64,000 nt of DNA from Octopus vulgaris (GCA_951406725.2 OX597840.1:29946001-30010000), one strand, 5' to 3'; positions 33,250-45,936 are shown, counted from the stretch's first letter. Program-made: numbers and translations. The notes: generated by a model from the letters alone, not told the origin.

Positions 33250-33400
33250 TTTCACAAGTATGCAACATATGCCTCGAAGAAACCCTGGAAATTATCCCAT
33301 CCAGGGAAAACGTGATAAACAGACACTCTGAGATGGTCAAATCATGCAAACAGAGGAAGAGAATATCATTCATGGGATTTGGAAAAGAATATTTTGAAAA
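33250..33400 (+). mobile_element. Penelope-like element, GIY-YIG C-terminal remnant
   Basis: Translation QVCNICLEETLEIIPSRENVINRHSEMVKSCKQRKR fits the CxxCLxE...LNxRxE...C pattern of PLE C-termini. Confidence 0.55.
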
Positions 33401-33427
33401 GAAGGAACAAATTATAGAATAGTGATG

Positions 33428-34231
33428 GAACTCACATTGAAACTCCGACGTCTGGCAGCTGACTTGGCAGACACCTATAAAATTATCAACCATCTTACAA
33501 ACAATAACTCTGAGCACCTTTTCAAACTCCACCTGTCTAACACCCGTGGACATATTTACAAAGTCAGAAAACAGCACAGCTCCCATGACTTTAGGAAATA
33601 TTTTTTCATGCTGAGAGTTGCTGAAGTATGGAACAAACTGCCGGCATCAGTTGTTACTTGTCGGAGCAATGCATCCTCCAAAACTTCCATGCTTCCTGAG
33701 ATTCGCCAACACTACACCTGATCTTTCTCCCCTCCATACACATGCAAGCATGTATCTGACTCATATATTGTTCACTTCCCAGACATTTGTACATTACTGC
33801 ATATACTTTATATGCACTTTTGACAAGTTGTGGTGCACCTGAGCACTGTATACAATAATTTCATTATTACTATTATTTAAAAACTACACCTAACACCCGT
33901 AGCCATGTTTACAAAGTCAGAAAACAGCACAGCTCCCATGACTTTCGGAAACATTTTTTCACGCTGAGAGTTGCTGAAGCATGGAACAAACTGCCGGCAT
34001 CAGTTGTTAGTTGTCGGAGCACTTCATCCTTCAAAACTTCCATGCTTCCTGAGATTCGCCAACACTACACCTGATCTTTCTTCCCTCCATACACATGCAA
34101 GCATGTATCTGACTCATACACTGTTCACTTCCCAGACATTTGTACATTACTGCATATACTTTATATGCACTTTCTGACAAGTTGTGGTGCACCTGAGCAC
34201 TGTATACAATAATTTCGTTATTATTATTATT
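33428..34231 (+). mobile_element. Two tandem 3' ends of a CR1-like LINE (33428-33876, 33887-34231)
   Basis: LRRLAADLADTYKII...TRGH...RVAEVWNKLP; (TTA)n tails; a third 3' UTR at 50336-50508. Confidence 0.85.
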
Positions 34232-34470
34232 TTAACTCAGACAAATAAATGAAAATACTGTTATTATGTGTGTGTGTGTGTAGTCTACTATGCTATACTG
34301 ATGCTCCACCGGTTATGATGATGAGTGTTCCAGTTGATCAACAGAAGAACCTGCTCGTGGAATGAACGTGCGTGATGCTGAGCATTCCGCAGAAACATGT
34401 ACATCATCATCATCATTGTTCGAATGTGGTCGAGACAATGAAATTTACTATGTTAATTGTAAATTCCATT

Positions 34471-34601
34471 GGCGCAGGAGTGGCTGTGCGGTAAGTAGCT
34501 TGCTTACCAGCCACATGGTTCTGGGTTCAGTCCCACTGCGTGGCACCTTGAGCAAGTGTCTTCTACTATAGCATCAGACAAATCAAAAGAAGCCCATCAT
34601 A

Positions 34602-34639
<38 letters not shown>

Positions 34640-34885
34640 AGTATATATATATATAAGTATATATGTATGTGTGCGTGTCTTGGTGTCTGTGTTTGTCTCC
34701 CCATCACCACTTGACAAGCGGTGTTGGTGTGTTTATGTCCTTGTAACTTAGTGGTTCAGTAAAAAAATTGTTAGAATAAGTACTAGGCTTCAAAAAATAA
34801 ATCCTGGGGATGATTTGTTTGACTAAAACGTTTCAAGGTGATGCTCCAGTATGGCCGCAGTCAAATGACTGAAACAAGTAAAAGA
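34471..34885 (+). mobile_element. SINE family A
   Basis: Head, core and tail present. Confidence 0.85.
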
Positions 34886-34938
34886 ATATATACCCACATG
34901 TACACATGCAAGCATCCTAAAATGATTACTTCTAAATT

Positions 34939-35148
34939 ACTCTTTTACTCTTTTACATGTTTCAGTCATTTGACTGCGGCCATGCTGGTGCACCACCTTT
35001 AGTCAAGCAAATCGACCCCAGGACTTATTCTTTGTACGCCTAGTACTTATTCTATCGGCCTCTTTTGCTGAACCGTTAAGTTACGGGGACACAAACACAC
35101 CAGCATCAGTTGTTGAGCGATTTTGCGGGGACAAACACAGACACACAA

Positions 35149-35183
<35 letters not shown>

Positions 35184-35542
35184 AAGTTAATCCAAACATG
35201 AAAGCACAAACAAACACAACAACGTGAGGAGGTGGAACAAATATAGTATTATTGGATGCTCAGGAAAGAAGGAGGGTTTAGCGTTTCGAGTGGAGCTCTT
35301 CATTGGAAACATAGGAGAAGGAAAGATCCAGAGAAGGGAAGACAGAGGAAAAAGATCGCCAACGGTACACACGAGGTCACGATGGGTGTCTTTCAGTTTC
35401 TGTCTACCAAATCCACTCACAAGGCTTTGGTCGGCCCGAGGCTTTAGTAGAAGACACTTGCCCAAGGTGCCACGCAGTGGGACTGAACCCGGAATCATGT
35501 GGTTGGTAAGCAAGCTACTTACCACACAGCCACTCCTGCGCC
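34939..35542 (-). mobile_element. SINE family A carrying a P1 element (35183-35380) in its internal microsatellite
   Basis: The A halves flank the reverse complement of 61053-61251; its hammerhead (35276-35310) is decayed (CCAATGA, GCT). Confidence 0.85.
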
Positions 35543-36159
35543 TATTGATCATTTTGTAAACCGAACAAAACACCATTCCATTATTCCATTCACCGAAATA
35601 GTAAATCCCCACCATTTACCATTTTATATCAAACTAGCATGAACTTGTTTCACAGAGGAATATGTTTCTGTAATCAAAGCTTTCTTAGAAGAAGCCACAT
35701 TTACAAGCTGAGAGGAATAAAATCAACATTGCTTCTTATCCAAACTTCTTACCAACATTTCAAATTCTTCAGATGAGCAAACAGTAACCGAATATTCTGC
35801 CAATTCCACAGTTAAAGAACAGTGCTGAAAGTTGGACAAAGTTTCTGTTAGTTTTACTTTCTATATTGTTACGGACAACGATGACCGTTTAATAACGAAG
35901 GTATAATGTGTAAAATGGTAGATTTCAAGGAATTGCGTCTCCAACAGATTTCCATCAAGTTGTCTCCAGTCTCCTTGTGTTCCATGTTCCGAAGACTGGT
36001 AAATATTTGCCATGGCGTTCAGTAAATATGAGGAAATATTATTAAATCTGATTTGGAAGATGTTTTGAAATGGAACAGCAAATCATACATCCATGCATAC
36101 ATACACACACACACTTACAGACACATACATATGCATGCATGCATACATACATACATACA

Positions 36160-36190
<31 letters not shown>

Positions 36191-36382
36191 GTGCATATAT
36201 ATTTATATGTATGTATATATAAATATATGAATCCATATATATATACATATATATATACACACACACACACATATATATATATATAGAGAGAGAGAGATAC
36301 ATATACATATATATATACATACACACACATAGACAGACAGATAGACAGATAAACAGACAGACAGGCAGATAGAGAGGCAGGC

Positions 36383-36433
<51 letters not shown>

Positions 36434-36478
36434 TAGACAGACAGGCAAACAGACAGGCAGGCAGGCAGGCTGACAGAC

Positions 36479-36543
<65 letters not shown>

Positions 36544-36663
36544 TGTTTATATATTTGTTTTGCCAGATTCTTAATGTGAAATTGCATTATATTTTAAGAT
36601 GGTCATTTCTTTTGTTTTTCCCAAATTAACACATGCCCCATATATTTGTTCTTCACTTTGGAT

Positions 36664-36869
36664 TTATTCTTCTTCTTATTCTAGTGTCCATTGTCTGGAA
36701 ATCTTTTGTCACAAGTCCTGTGACCTCTTCAGTGACTCTTCAACCCGTGTGATTACTCCTGTTTTGTTTTAAGCAGAACAGAAGACATGTGAGATAAAGA
36801 GTCACTGAAGGAGTCACAAGATGTATGACAAAAGATTTCTAAACAAAGGACAAATAAGAATAATAATAA
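36664..36869. repeat. Foldback/MITE-like inverted repeat with ~75-bp arms
   Basis: AAATCTTTTGTCAC...CTTCAGTGACTCTT (to 36740) versus AAGAGTCACTGAAG...TGACAAAAGATTT (from 36797). Confidence 0.8.
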
Positions 36870-36874
36870 ATCTC

Positions 36875-37522
36875 AGCGTGGCTCCTGTGTTGGTGGCACT
36901 AAAAAGCCCCGACCGATTATGGCTGATGCCAGTACCCCCTGACTGGCTCTTGTGATGGTGGCACGTAAAAAGCACTATCCGAATGTGATTGATGTCAGGC
37001 CCGCCTGACCAGTTTCTGTGCTGGTGGAATGTAAAAAGCACCCACTACACTCTCAGAGTGGTTGGCATGAGGAAGGTCATCCAGCCGTAGAAACATTATC
37101 AGATCAGATTGGAGCCTGGTGCAGCCTCCTGGCTCACCAGAACTCAGTCAAACCATCCAACCCATGCCAGCATGGAAAACGGACATTAAACGATGATGAT
37201 GTGTTTATTTGTTTATTTGGCAAAAGCAAAAGAAAAAAAGGTAAATGACCATCCTGAAATGTAACAATAGATAAATATTGATATTCGATTCGAGTGAGGT
37301 CATTGCCAGTACCGCCTGACTGGCCCCCGTGCAGGTGGTACGTAAAAAGCACCCACTACACTCTCACAGTGGTTGGCGTTAGGAAGGGCATCCAGCTGTA
37401 GGGACTCTGCCAGATCAAGACCGGAGTCTGGTGCATCCACCTGGTTTGCCAGACCTCAGTCAAAATCGTCCAACCCATGCTAGCATGGAGAATGGACATT
37501 AAACGATGATGATGATGATGAT
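36875..37522 (+). mobile_element. Two RTE-type 3' UTR/tail copies
   Basis: AAAAAGCACCCACTACACTC...GTGGTTGGC...AACCCATGC.AGCATGG...TTAAAC(GAT)n; same 3' region follows the RTE ORF end at 62121. Confidence 0.75.
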
Positions 37523-37778
37523 AAATATATAGGTATATAATGTAAAGTATCAGGGATTTTAAATCCGAACAGGTACCTTATTAGCACTCTGATATAATCC
37601 AGCTCTGACTAACCACATTGAATGATAGGGAATATTCAGAATTGTATAAGATAAACAATTAAACTGTTCTTCACTCGGTAGGTAAACACACATTGCATTG
37701 GAGTTTGAGAAGAGAAATACTTTAATAAATAAAATTTGAAGATGTATACTTCTCCACTCTTCTTTATGTTTTGTTTAT

Positions 37779-37809
<31 letters not shown>

Positions 37810-38034
37810 CACTTTGAAAACAAGAACGTCACAGAGAGAAAAAAAATTAATATAGGCTTCCTAGAACAGAGTTTACCTGAGGTTAAATGACAACTCTCAC
37901 GTCAAACTAATTAGCTATTGAATAATGAGCCAATTAAAGTATCAAGATATAATAACAATCCATATTTATTCAGAAATTTAATTTTCTTCCCTCCACCCCA
38001 CCCACAATAACAGCATCAACAATAATAACGATGA

Positions 38035-38590
38035 ATGTTCTGATGCGGTACCAGACACTGACTCTCATCGCTTCTGGTCTTAACTGATTGGAAGTGTTAT
38101 CATGTACATTGTTTTGTCTTGGTATAAAAGATGGGCTACAGCAAATATTCTGCTCAATACCACAGATTTGCTTGTCAGTTGTTTGACCTTAACCAGTTGA
38201 CCATGTCCCTTAGTGGCTGACGATAGGTGCATCTCTGATCACGAGCAGAAGTAGTGGGGGAGCATCATAGCCATGTGTTGAGAGGGATTCTTTGGGGTTT
38301 GAATAATTTACCTCTGGAAACATGGGTGTTTCGATCAACATCCTTAAACAACCCTTATTCAGGGACCTTTTGAGTGGGATGGGCTACTTGACCAGAAGCA
38401 AATTCTAACTGGGCCCTACCTGCAAGGTCATGTGCTGTTTATCTTGATATGAGATCACCATGTCGCGCACATATGGTTGTGATGCATGTACCTGGTGTAC
38501 CCTTATCAGATGGGTAGTCATGATGGGTATACTGGGCCTCGTATATTTTACCCCAGTGTCACTTTGATGGCATGAACTGCTCTCTCACTC
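38035..38590 (+). mobile_element. Family E element, full length; 5'-truncated copy at 38865-38990
   Basis: Reverse complement of 27883-28429; ends CTCTCTCACTC(AAT)n. Confidence 0.8.
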
Positions 38591-38609
38591 AATAATAATT
38601 TTAATAATA

Positions 38610-39631
38610 ATGATTTCAAATTTTGACTTAAGACCAACAATTTTGGGTAAGGGGACAAGTTGATTACATTGACCCCCAGTGCTTAACTGGTACTTATTTT
38701 ATTGATACTGAAAAGATGGAAAGCAAAGTCTACCTCGGTAGAATTTGAACTCAAAACTTAAAAAACAGATGAAATGTAACTAAGTGTTTTGCTTGGCATG
38801 CTAACAATTCTGCCAACTTACTACTTTAATGATAATAATAATAATAATAACAACAACAATAATTCGTGCACATATGGTTGTGATGCATGTGCCTAGTGTA
38901 CCCTTATCAGACGGGTAGTCATGATGTGTATACTGGGCTTCGTATATTTTGCCCCAGTGTCACTTTGATGCACTGCTCTCTCACTCAATAATAATAATAA
39001 TAATAATAATACCAATGATGATAATGATAATAATAATCCTTTCTATTATAGGCACAAGGCCTGAAATTTGGGGGAGGGGGTTAGTTCATAACATTGACCC
39101 CAGTGTTCAAGTGATACTTATTTTATCGACCCTGAAAAGATAAAAGGTAAAGTCGACCTCAGTGGAATTTGAACCCAGAATGTAGCAACAGGCAAAATAC
39201 TGCTAAGCATTTAGCCCAGCATGCTAACGAGTCTGCCAGCTCATTGCCTTATTATGGTGAAGGATGAGGGGGAGAATACAAAGAAAGACCTCTAGTGTGG
39301 AGATTAATATGTAATTAAATGGTAAAATAAATAAACAAAGAGAAAAATGTAAACAAACATGGTATCCAATGGAAACGAAGGGAAATACACGTACCATTCA
39401 ATGGTTAGAAAAAATGATGGTTTCAGATTTTGGCACAAGGCCAGCAATTTCGTGGAGAGTGTAAGTCGATGACATCGATCCCAATGTTTCGTTGGCACTT
39501 AATTAATTGACCCCGAAAGGATGCAAAGCAAAGTCGACCCTGGCGGAATTTGAACTCAGAACGAAACAACTGGTGAAATTCTGCTAAAGAATTTTGCCCG
39601 ACCATGCTAATGAATCTGCCAATTCACCACC
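38610..39631 (-). mobile_element. Three family B-variant SINEs (38610-38827, 39035-39249, 39417-39631)
   Basis: Reverse complement of the B core: GCAAAGTC.ACC..GG..GAATTTGAAC. Confidence 0.8.
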
Positions 39632-39698
39632 TTACTACTACTACTACTACTACTATTACTACCACCACCACCACCACTACTACTACAACTACTACTAT

Positions 39699-39739
<41 letters not shown>

Positions 39740-39805
39740 TTACAACAACTACTACTACTACTACTACTATTACTACTACAACTGCTACTATTACTACTAC
39801 TACTG

Positions 39806-39880
<75 letters not shown>

Positions 39881-40222
39881 GGAGACCCCCTTCCGTCATG
39901 AAATACCATGGGATTGCCCCTAGAAAGTTACCCTCCGAGGCACAAGTCTGGGTAAGGTTGTTTATGGAGGGCCAGCAGTCGCGCACGCATACTGGCCTCC
40001 CCTCTCCATGCCACCAGTGTTACCCAAGGGAAAGGCAAAGGGGCCGATACAGCTTGGCACCTGTGACGTCGCAACTCATTTCTACAGCTGAGTGAACTGG
40101 AGCAACGTGAAATGATGTGTCTCGCTCAAGAACACAACACGCAACAACCCGGTCCGGGAATCGAACTCACAACCTCACGATTGTAAGATCGACACTCTAA
40201 CCACTGAGCCATGCACCTTCAC
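39881..40222 (-). mobile_element. SINE family D, full length
   Basis: Minus head GTGAAGGTGCATGGCTCAGTGG, B-box AGTTCGATTCC, (TTA)n tail. Confidence 0.85.
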
Positions 40223-40502
40223 AATAATGATAATAATAATGATAATAATATTCAGTCGTCAACATGTTTAGTAGATTGCGAATCTGATAAGATGCAAAAC
40301 GTAGAATTTTTTCCGCATCATTATCAGGAAATATCAATTTACAGACTCTCTCAACTCTACAGAAGTAACAACAACAATATTTACAACATCATTTATTGGG
40401 GGGGGGGCCACTAAAAGGAATGTGTGTGTGGGGGGGGGATTTATTTTTATATTTTGTGTTTTATTTGTTTCAGTGGTTGAACTTTTTTTCATTCATTTAC
40501 TC

Positions 40503-40898
40503 ATTTACTTGTTTCAGTCATTTGACTGTGGCCATGCTGGGGCACCGCCATTTACTCGAGGAAATCGACCCCGGGACTTATTCTTTGTAAGCCTAGTACT
40601 TATTCTATTGGTCTCTTTTTAGCGAACCGCTAAGTTACAGGGACGTAAACACACCAGCATCGGTTGTCAAGCAATGCTAGGGAGGCAAACACAGACACAC
40701 AAACATACACACATATATATATATATACATATATACGACGGGCTTCTTTCAGTTTCCGTCTACCAAATCCACTCACAAGGCTTTGGTCGGCCCGAGGCTA
40801 TAGCAGAAGACACTTGCCCAAGGTGCCACGCAGTGGGACTGAACCCGCAACCATGTGGTTGGTTAGCAAGCTACTTACCACACAGCCACTCCTACGCC
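40503..40898 (-). mobile_element. SINE family A
   Basis: Full-length reverse complement. Confidence 0.9.
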
Positions 40899-41406
40899 CA
40901 ACTGTGGCCATGTTGGGGCACTGCTTTGTGTGGTTTTACAGGTTTTCCTCAAACTTATTTGTCTTTGAAGTCTGGTACTGATTCTGTCAGTTTCATTTTG
41001 CTGAACTGCTAAGTCATGGGGGATCTGATGAAACCAACACTGGTTGTCAAAGCATAGCGAGAGACACACAAGCACAGTGACACACAGACATAAATATAAA
41101 TAATGGTCAAGTGGTCAAGTGTGTGTGTTGCACTCATGATCTGGAAATCACAGTTTCGATTCCCAAACCAGTTGCACATTGAGTTCTTGAGCAAGATACT
41201 TCATTTCTTGTTGCTCCAGACCACTCAGCTGTAAACGGGTCACTCTGTAATGGACTCACCTTCCAATCAGACAGAATTTTGGCCTGCCTGTCCAGCCAGT
41301 GGGATGAAATCATTGAAAAGCTGAAACTATGTAAAGCACATTGTGACCAGTGATGTATATAACAACATTCAATAGCCTGGTCAATATTATAAAATATTTG
41401 TATATA

Positions 41407-41804
41407 TCTTTATATATAAAAGTGAAGTTGTGTGTCTGTCTCCTACGATTTAGATTCCTAACTACTCCCACATTTTGCGGTGCAGTTTAACCAAAACCGG
41501 GTATCTTATTGTCGTGATTCATATCGAGCCCTTCTGGGTATTAGCGCGCGTCTACGATGAGTCTACGATTTTAAAAAAATTTACCATCATTTTTTTCCAT
41601 TTTAATGCATTTTTTCGCTATTATATAAGGGAAGTAACTCTCTATAAATGTCTACGATGAGTCAACGATTTAAAAAAAATTTAAACCATCATTTTTTTTC
41701 CATTTTTAATGCATTTTTTTGCTATCTTTTGGCTATAACTCTCTAAAAATGCTTATATAGTTATTTCCCTTACAAACCTGAGCAACGCCGGGCGATACTG
41801 CTAG
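41407..41804 (+). mobile_element. Non-autonomous Helitron
   Basis: Inserted between A and T; 5' TC, subterminal hairpin CCTGAGCAACGCCGGG, 3' CTAG; internal ~100-bp duplication at 41550/41650. Confidence 0.85.
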
Positions 41805-41866
41805 TATATATATATATTCGTTAGCCACTACACACATTTGTTTCTCTCCTTGTTTTTTTCTGTGTC

Positions 41867-41904
41867 TCTTTCTGTAGAAGAGCATAGGCTCGAAACGTAA
41901 AAAA
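41867..41904 (+). ncRNA. Hammerhead-like motif with A6U core in P2 element 41818-41993
   Basis: TCTTT-CTGTAGA-A-GAGC(ATAG)GCTC-GAAAC-GT-A-AAAAA. Confidence 0.55.
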
Positions 41905-42100
41905 CTTTTTCTATTCCTGAGCGTTATACTAATACATCTGTTTGTTTTGTACACCACCTGTCTTCGTCTTTTGTATCTTTCGTAAACTCTCCCTATATAT
42001 ATATATAATATGAGGGAATATTATTCCAAACTTACAGGGAAAAATTCAATTTAGAAATACTAAATCAAATTTCACAAAATATAATATATATATATATATA

Positions 42101-42360
42101 TAAATTAGAAAAAAACCCCACCTTTTATCAATTCAATAATGAAAAATTAAATTATACCATTTAGAAAAATTACATCTTATAGAAAGATTAAATATAAGAT
42201 AAAACATATAACAATGATTAAGTAATGTGCAAAATAATAAATAAAATGTATATGTTTGGTATATATTTAATCTTTCTATAATATGTAATTTTTCTAAATG
42301 GTATAATTTAATTTTTCATTATTAAATTGATAAGAGGTGGGTTTTTTTTTATCTAATTTA
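42101..42360. mobile_element. AT-rich MITE/foldback with ~96-bp near-perfect inverted arms
   Basis: 42101-42196 is the reverse complement of 42262-42360; (TA)n on both flanks. Confidence 0.8.
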
Positions 42361-42857
42361 TATATATATATATATATAAAAAAGAATTTGTTTTGGGGTT
42401 TGAAAATACTTCTGAATCTCAAAACACTGTCATTTAGAAATTTTGTGATAGATTTATTGGAATACCAAACAAATGTTGATAATTTTCTTATTTATCAATA
42501 GTAAAAAATATATAAATAAGAGGTTTCGGAGAGTTTAAATTTTCAAATGAAAATTCAGAAAAACATATTTAAAGAATTAGATGTTCAAATGTTCATAAAA
42601 ATTTCAATGAGTTTCATTGAGAAAGACATTTATATAAGTTTAAATGTTTCATTAAAATCATAACAAATATGCATGATAAGTTCAGTCATATTGAGTTTTT
42701 ATTTTTTTTTAAATGGAGAAAGGTTTAAACGATGGAGAAAAACCAAAAAGATCTCATACCATTTCTGTCATAGTACGTGAAGTTCTTCCTTGTTGGTCTT
42801 TGGTTCATGATTTTTTAAGCTGAAATTATTTAGTATAAATATATATATATATCAATT

Positions 42858-43579
42858 TGATTTCGAGCCGGATCGTTTGCTGCTGGAGAGGCCCGATCAG
42901 GTAAAGGACCTGGGTATCTTGGTGGATTCCTCCTTTTCGCCTTCAGCTCAGTGCGTCCATGCTGCCAAAAAAGCACGCGGAATTCTGTTCTTGATTCGAC
43001 GGTCATTCGGAATGCTCACAGCAGCCATATTCCTACCGCTCAATGTCACGCTGGTGAGACCCATATTGGAGTACGGGATTCAAGCCTCTTCTCCTTATCT
43101 CTTCAAAGACATACAGCATCTCGAAAGAGTCCAGAAGCTGGCTACCCGCATGGTTCATGGTCTCAAGAATTTATCTTATGAAGAAAGGCTTAAGACGCTC
43201 GACCTTTATTCTCTAGAAAAACGACGATGCCGTGGTGATCTTATTCTTGCTCACAACATCATAAGCGGAAAGTGTAACCTCTCGAAAGAGCTGTTCTTCA
43301 CGCCTGCTCCAGAGCGTCGGCTGCGGGGTCACTCAGAAAAGCTCTATCTGCGACGATTTCATCTCAATCGAAGGAGAAGGGCTTTCTCCATCTGGGTTGC
43401 GGATACGTGGAATAAGTTGCCGGACGAGATAGTGAAGATGCCAACGACCGCTCGGTTCAAAGTCTCTCTTGACCAGAAATGACCTGAACTCTTTGCATGA
43501 ACACCCTCCCTGTACATAACTCCATGTCCCCCTACATGGCCTTGCTTTTTGCTTTTTGAGCCAAAATATTAACTTAACT

Positions 43580-43582
<3 letters not shown>
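42858..43582 (+). mobile_element. CR1-clade LINE, 5'-truncated; ORF2 C-terminus open at 42877-43482
   Basis: KDLGILVD...LVRPILEYG...LERVQKLATRMV...SYEERL..LDLYSLEKRR.RGDLI...WNKLP; (TTAAC)n tail. Confidence 0.95.
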
Positions 43583-43618
<36 letters not shown>

Positions 43619-43619
<1 letters not shown>

Positions 43620-44130
43620 CGTAAATCCTCGAGTATAATCTGCATTTTTTCCCAAAATTTAAAGGTCAAAATCCTTAGTGCATACTATATACGAGGTTAA
43701 AAATGAAAAATATTTTCTAAGCAATGTCCGAGCCTCTATTTGCTGTCCGACAATGTTTATTCAGACACATTTTGTGATGTTGGACACGAAAATACCTTAA
43801 GCTAAGCCTAAAAGCAATGAAGTCATAAAAGAATCATCCATAACTTGCAGTAAGCAACATTTATTAAAATTTAGATCACAGAATAACATGTAACAAAAAC
43901 AATTTGCAAACATATTTACATTCCCCTATAACAGTTAAGAACATCACCATTATTGTATTACGCATGCGTGGAAGTGTTTGTTGGACTAGATGCTGCTGGC
44001 TTAATAACGCACGACTCAAGTTAGAGAAGGGCTGCGTATTATACACACGGTTTAGGTTTTTCAGAGGTACAGCCCCTAAAAATCCCCTGTGTATTATACA
44101 CAAGGGTGGACTATACTCAAAGATTTACAG
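43619..44130 (+). mobile_element. Tc1/mariner-superfamily (pogo/Tc2-like) MITE
   Basis: TIR CCGTAAATCCTCGAGTATA ... TATACTCAAAGATTTACAG; second, rearranged copy at 45491-45936. Confidence 0.75.
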
Positions 44131-44203
44131 AATCAGCTAGCTCAGTTGGTAGAGCATGAGACTCTTAATCTTGGGGTCGTGGGTTCGAGCTACACGTTGG
44201 GCA
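44131..44203 (+). tRNA. tRNA-Lys(CTT)-derived pseudogene / SINE head
   Basis: GCTAGCTCAGTTGGTAGAGCATGAGACTCTTAATCT..GGGTCGTGGGTTCGAGC..CACGTTGGGC matches metazoan tRNA-Lys-CUU; anticodon 44164-44166; 5' acceptor strand replaced by AATCA and T stem mismatched, so non-functional. Confidence 0.75.
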
Positions 44204-44661
44204 TATTCTTTTCCAGTGGTGGTGCCCCAGCATGGCCGCAGCTTTCGGGCTGAAACATTTTAAAGGATTTTAAGGATTTAAAGGATTTACATATATATAT
44301 ATACACTAAATAACTTCGTTTTGGCCAAGTCTAGATTCTGGTTGGTTGACTTCCTGGTGATGACATTTGTTTGTGGAATACATGGCCACATTTCTGTCCA
44401 GTGCTCTGTGCTTTGGTTGGGTGATTCTCTGTTTATGCCATTTTGTTGTTGTTAAAGAACTTTTTAACCCATTTTTAACTAATGGTCATCTAGCATTCCA
44501 CTTGTATGGTTCCCTTAAGAAGCCACTACTTTTTTTGTTTTTCTCCTGATGGCCCAGTTTTGACCAGAAAAAATCTCACTGGTCTAGTCTGTGTTTGAGA
44601 AGGTGTAAGAAGTGCAGTAGTTTGGAGTTGGGGTTTCAAAGACCACGGGTCTGCTGCTCTA

Positions 44662-44895
44662 ACCTATTTCTTCACTACCCACAAGGGGCTAAACACAGAG
44701 GGGACAAACAAGGACAGACAAATGGATTAAATCGATTACATCGACCCCAGTGCGTAACTGGTACTTATTTAATCGACCCCGAAAGGATGAAAGGCAAAGT
44801 CGACCTCGACGGAATTTGAACTCAGAACATAACGGCAGGCGAAATACTGCTAAGCATTTCGCGCGGCGTGCTAACGTTTCTCCCAGCTTGCTGCC
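44662..44895 (-). mobile_element. SINE family B monomer
   Basis: Head plus one body unit. Confidence 0.9.
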
Positions 44896-44914
44896 TAACC
44901 ACTAAGCCATGTAC

Positions 44915-45485
44915 CTCCATAGCTTGGGTGGTTGCACTTTTGACCAGTAGAGTTGTAATTTTGGTTGATTATTTGGTACTGGTAACATTTTTAAAGATTT
45001 GGGTTGTCTTTTACTTTTAATAATCTCATGTGCCTTTTTCATTTGCAGGTCATTCAGGAGAGGGGGGCATATTCTGATTGGATGATGTTGTATGCTACCA
45101 TGTTTCTTGGATTGTTTATTGATACATAAGACAAGGTTTTAAGTGTATCAGGGTGTTTTGTTGCTTTTCTTAATTCTTGGATATTGTCTTTGCATGGTTC
45201 TATTCCATTTTTGATTAAACTAAGCAGGTATTTTCTTTCTTGTAATACATTTTAAAGTTCTTGGAATCATTTATTCCAAGTTTCAGGATTGCCTACAATC
45301 GTGTAAATTCTTATTCCCAACTTAAAAGGTATATTGATTTTGGTATGTGTTAGATGTCAGGAAGAGAGTAGTAGATATTGTTTTGAGTCTGTTAGTTTAA
45401 AACAGATGTTGGTTTCAACGTTACTATCTCTTTTTACAATTAATATGTTCAAAAAGGGTAGCTATTTGTGACTATTCCATTGTAA
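44915..45485 (-). mobile_element. Penelope-like retroelement remnant (RT C-terminus/thumb and linker)
   Basis: Minus translation LPFLNILIVK..VETNICFKLTDSKQYLLLSS*HLTHTKINIPFKLGIRIYTIV...IIKSKRQPKSLK, matching the PLE pattern LPFLD..TD.Y.KPT...YL...S.HP. Confidence 0.8.
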
Positions 45486-45490
45486 ATTGC

Positions 45491-45936
45491 AATTTGCAAA
45501 CATATTTACATTCCCATATAACAGTTAAGAACATCACCATTATTGTATTATGCATGCGCGGAAGTGTTTGTTCGACTAGGTGCTGCTGGTTTAATTACGC
45601 ACAACTCAAGTTAGAGAAGGGGGTGCGTATTATACACAAGGTTTATGTTTTGTTACATATTATTCTGTGTTCTGAATACTTTTATTTTAATAAATGTTGC
45701 TTACTGCAAGTTATGGATGATTCTTTTATGACTTCATTGCTTTCAGGCTTAGCTTAAGGTATTTTCGCGCCTGATAGCACAAAATGTGTCTGAATAAACA
45801 TTGCCTGACAGCAAATAGAGACTCGGACATTGCTTAGAAAATATTTTTCATTTTTAACCTCGTATATAGTATGCACTAGGGATTTTGACCTTTAAATTTT
45901 GGAAAAAAAATGCGGATTATACTCAAGGATTTATGG
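45491..45936 (-). mobile_element. Second MITE copy with internal inversion and one end lost
   Basis: 45491-45645 matches ~43900-44055 forward; 45646-45936 matches 43619-43900 reverse, followed by TA. Confidence 0.8.

Noticed and set aside
44131-44203. Functional tRNA-Lys gene
   Set aside because: The acceptor stem cannot pair (AATCA instead of GCCCG) and the T stem is mismatched
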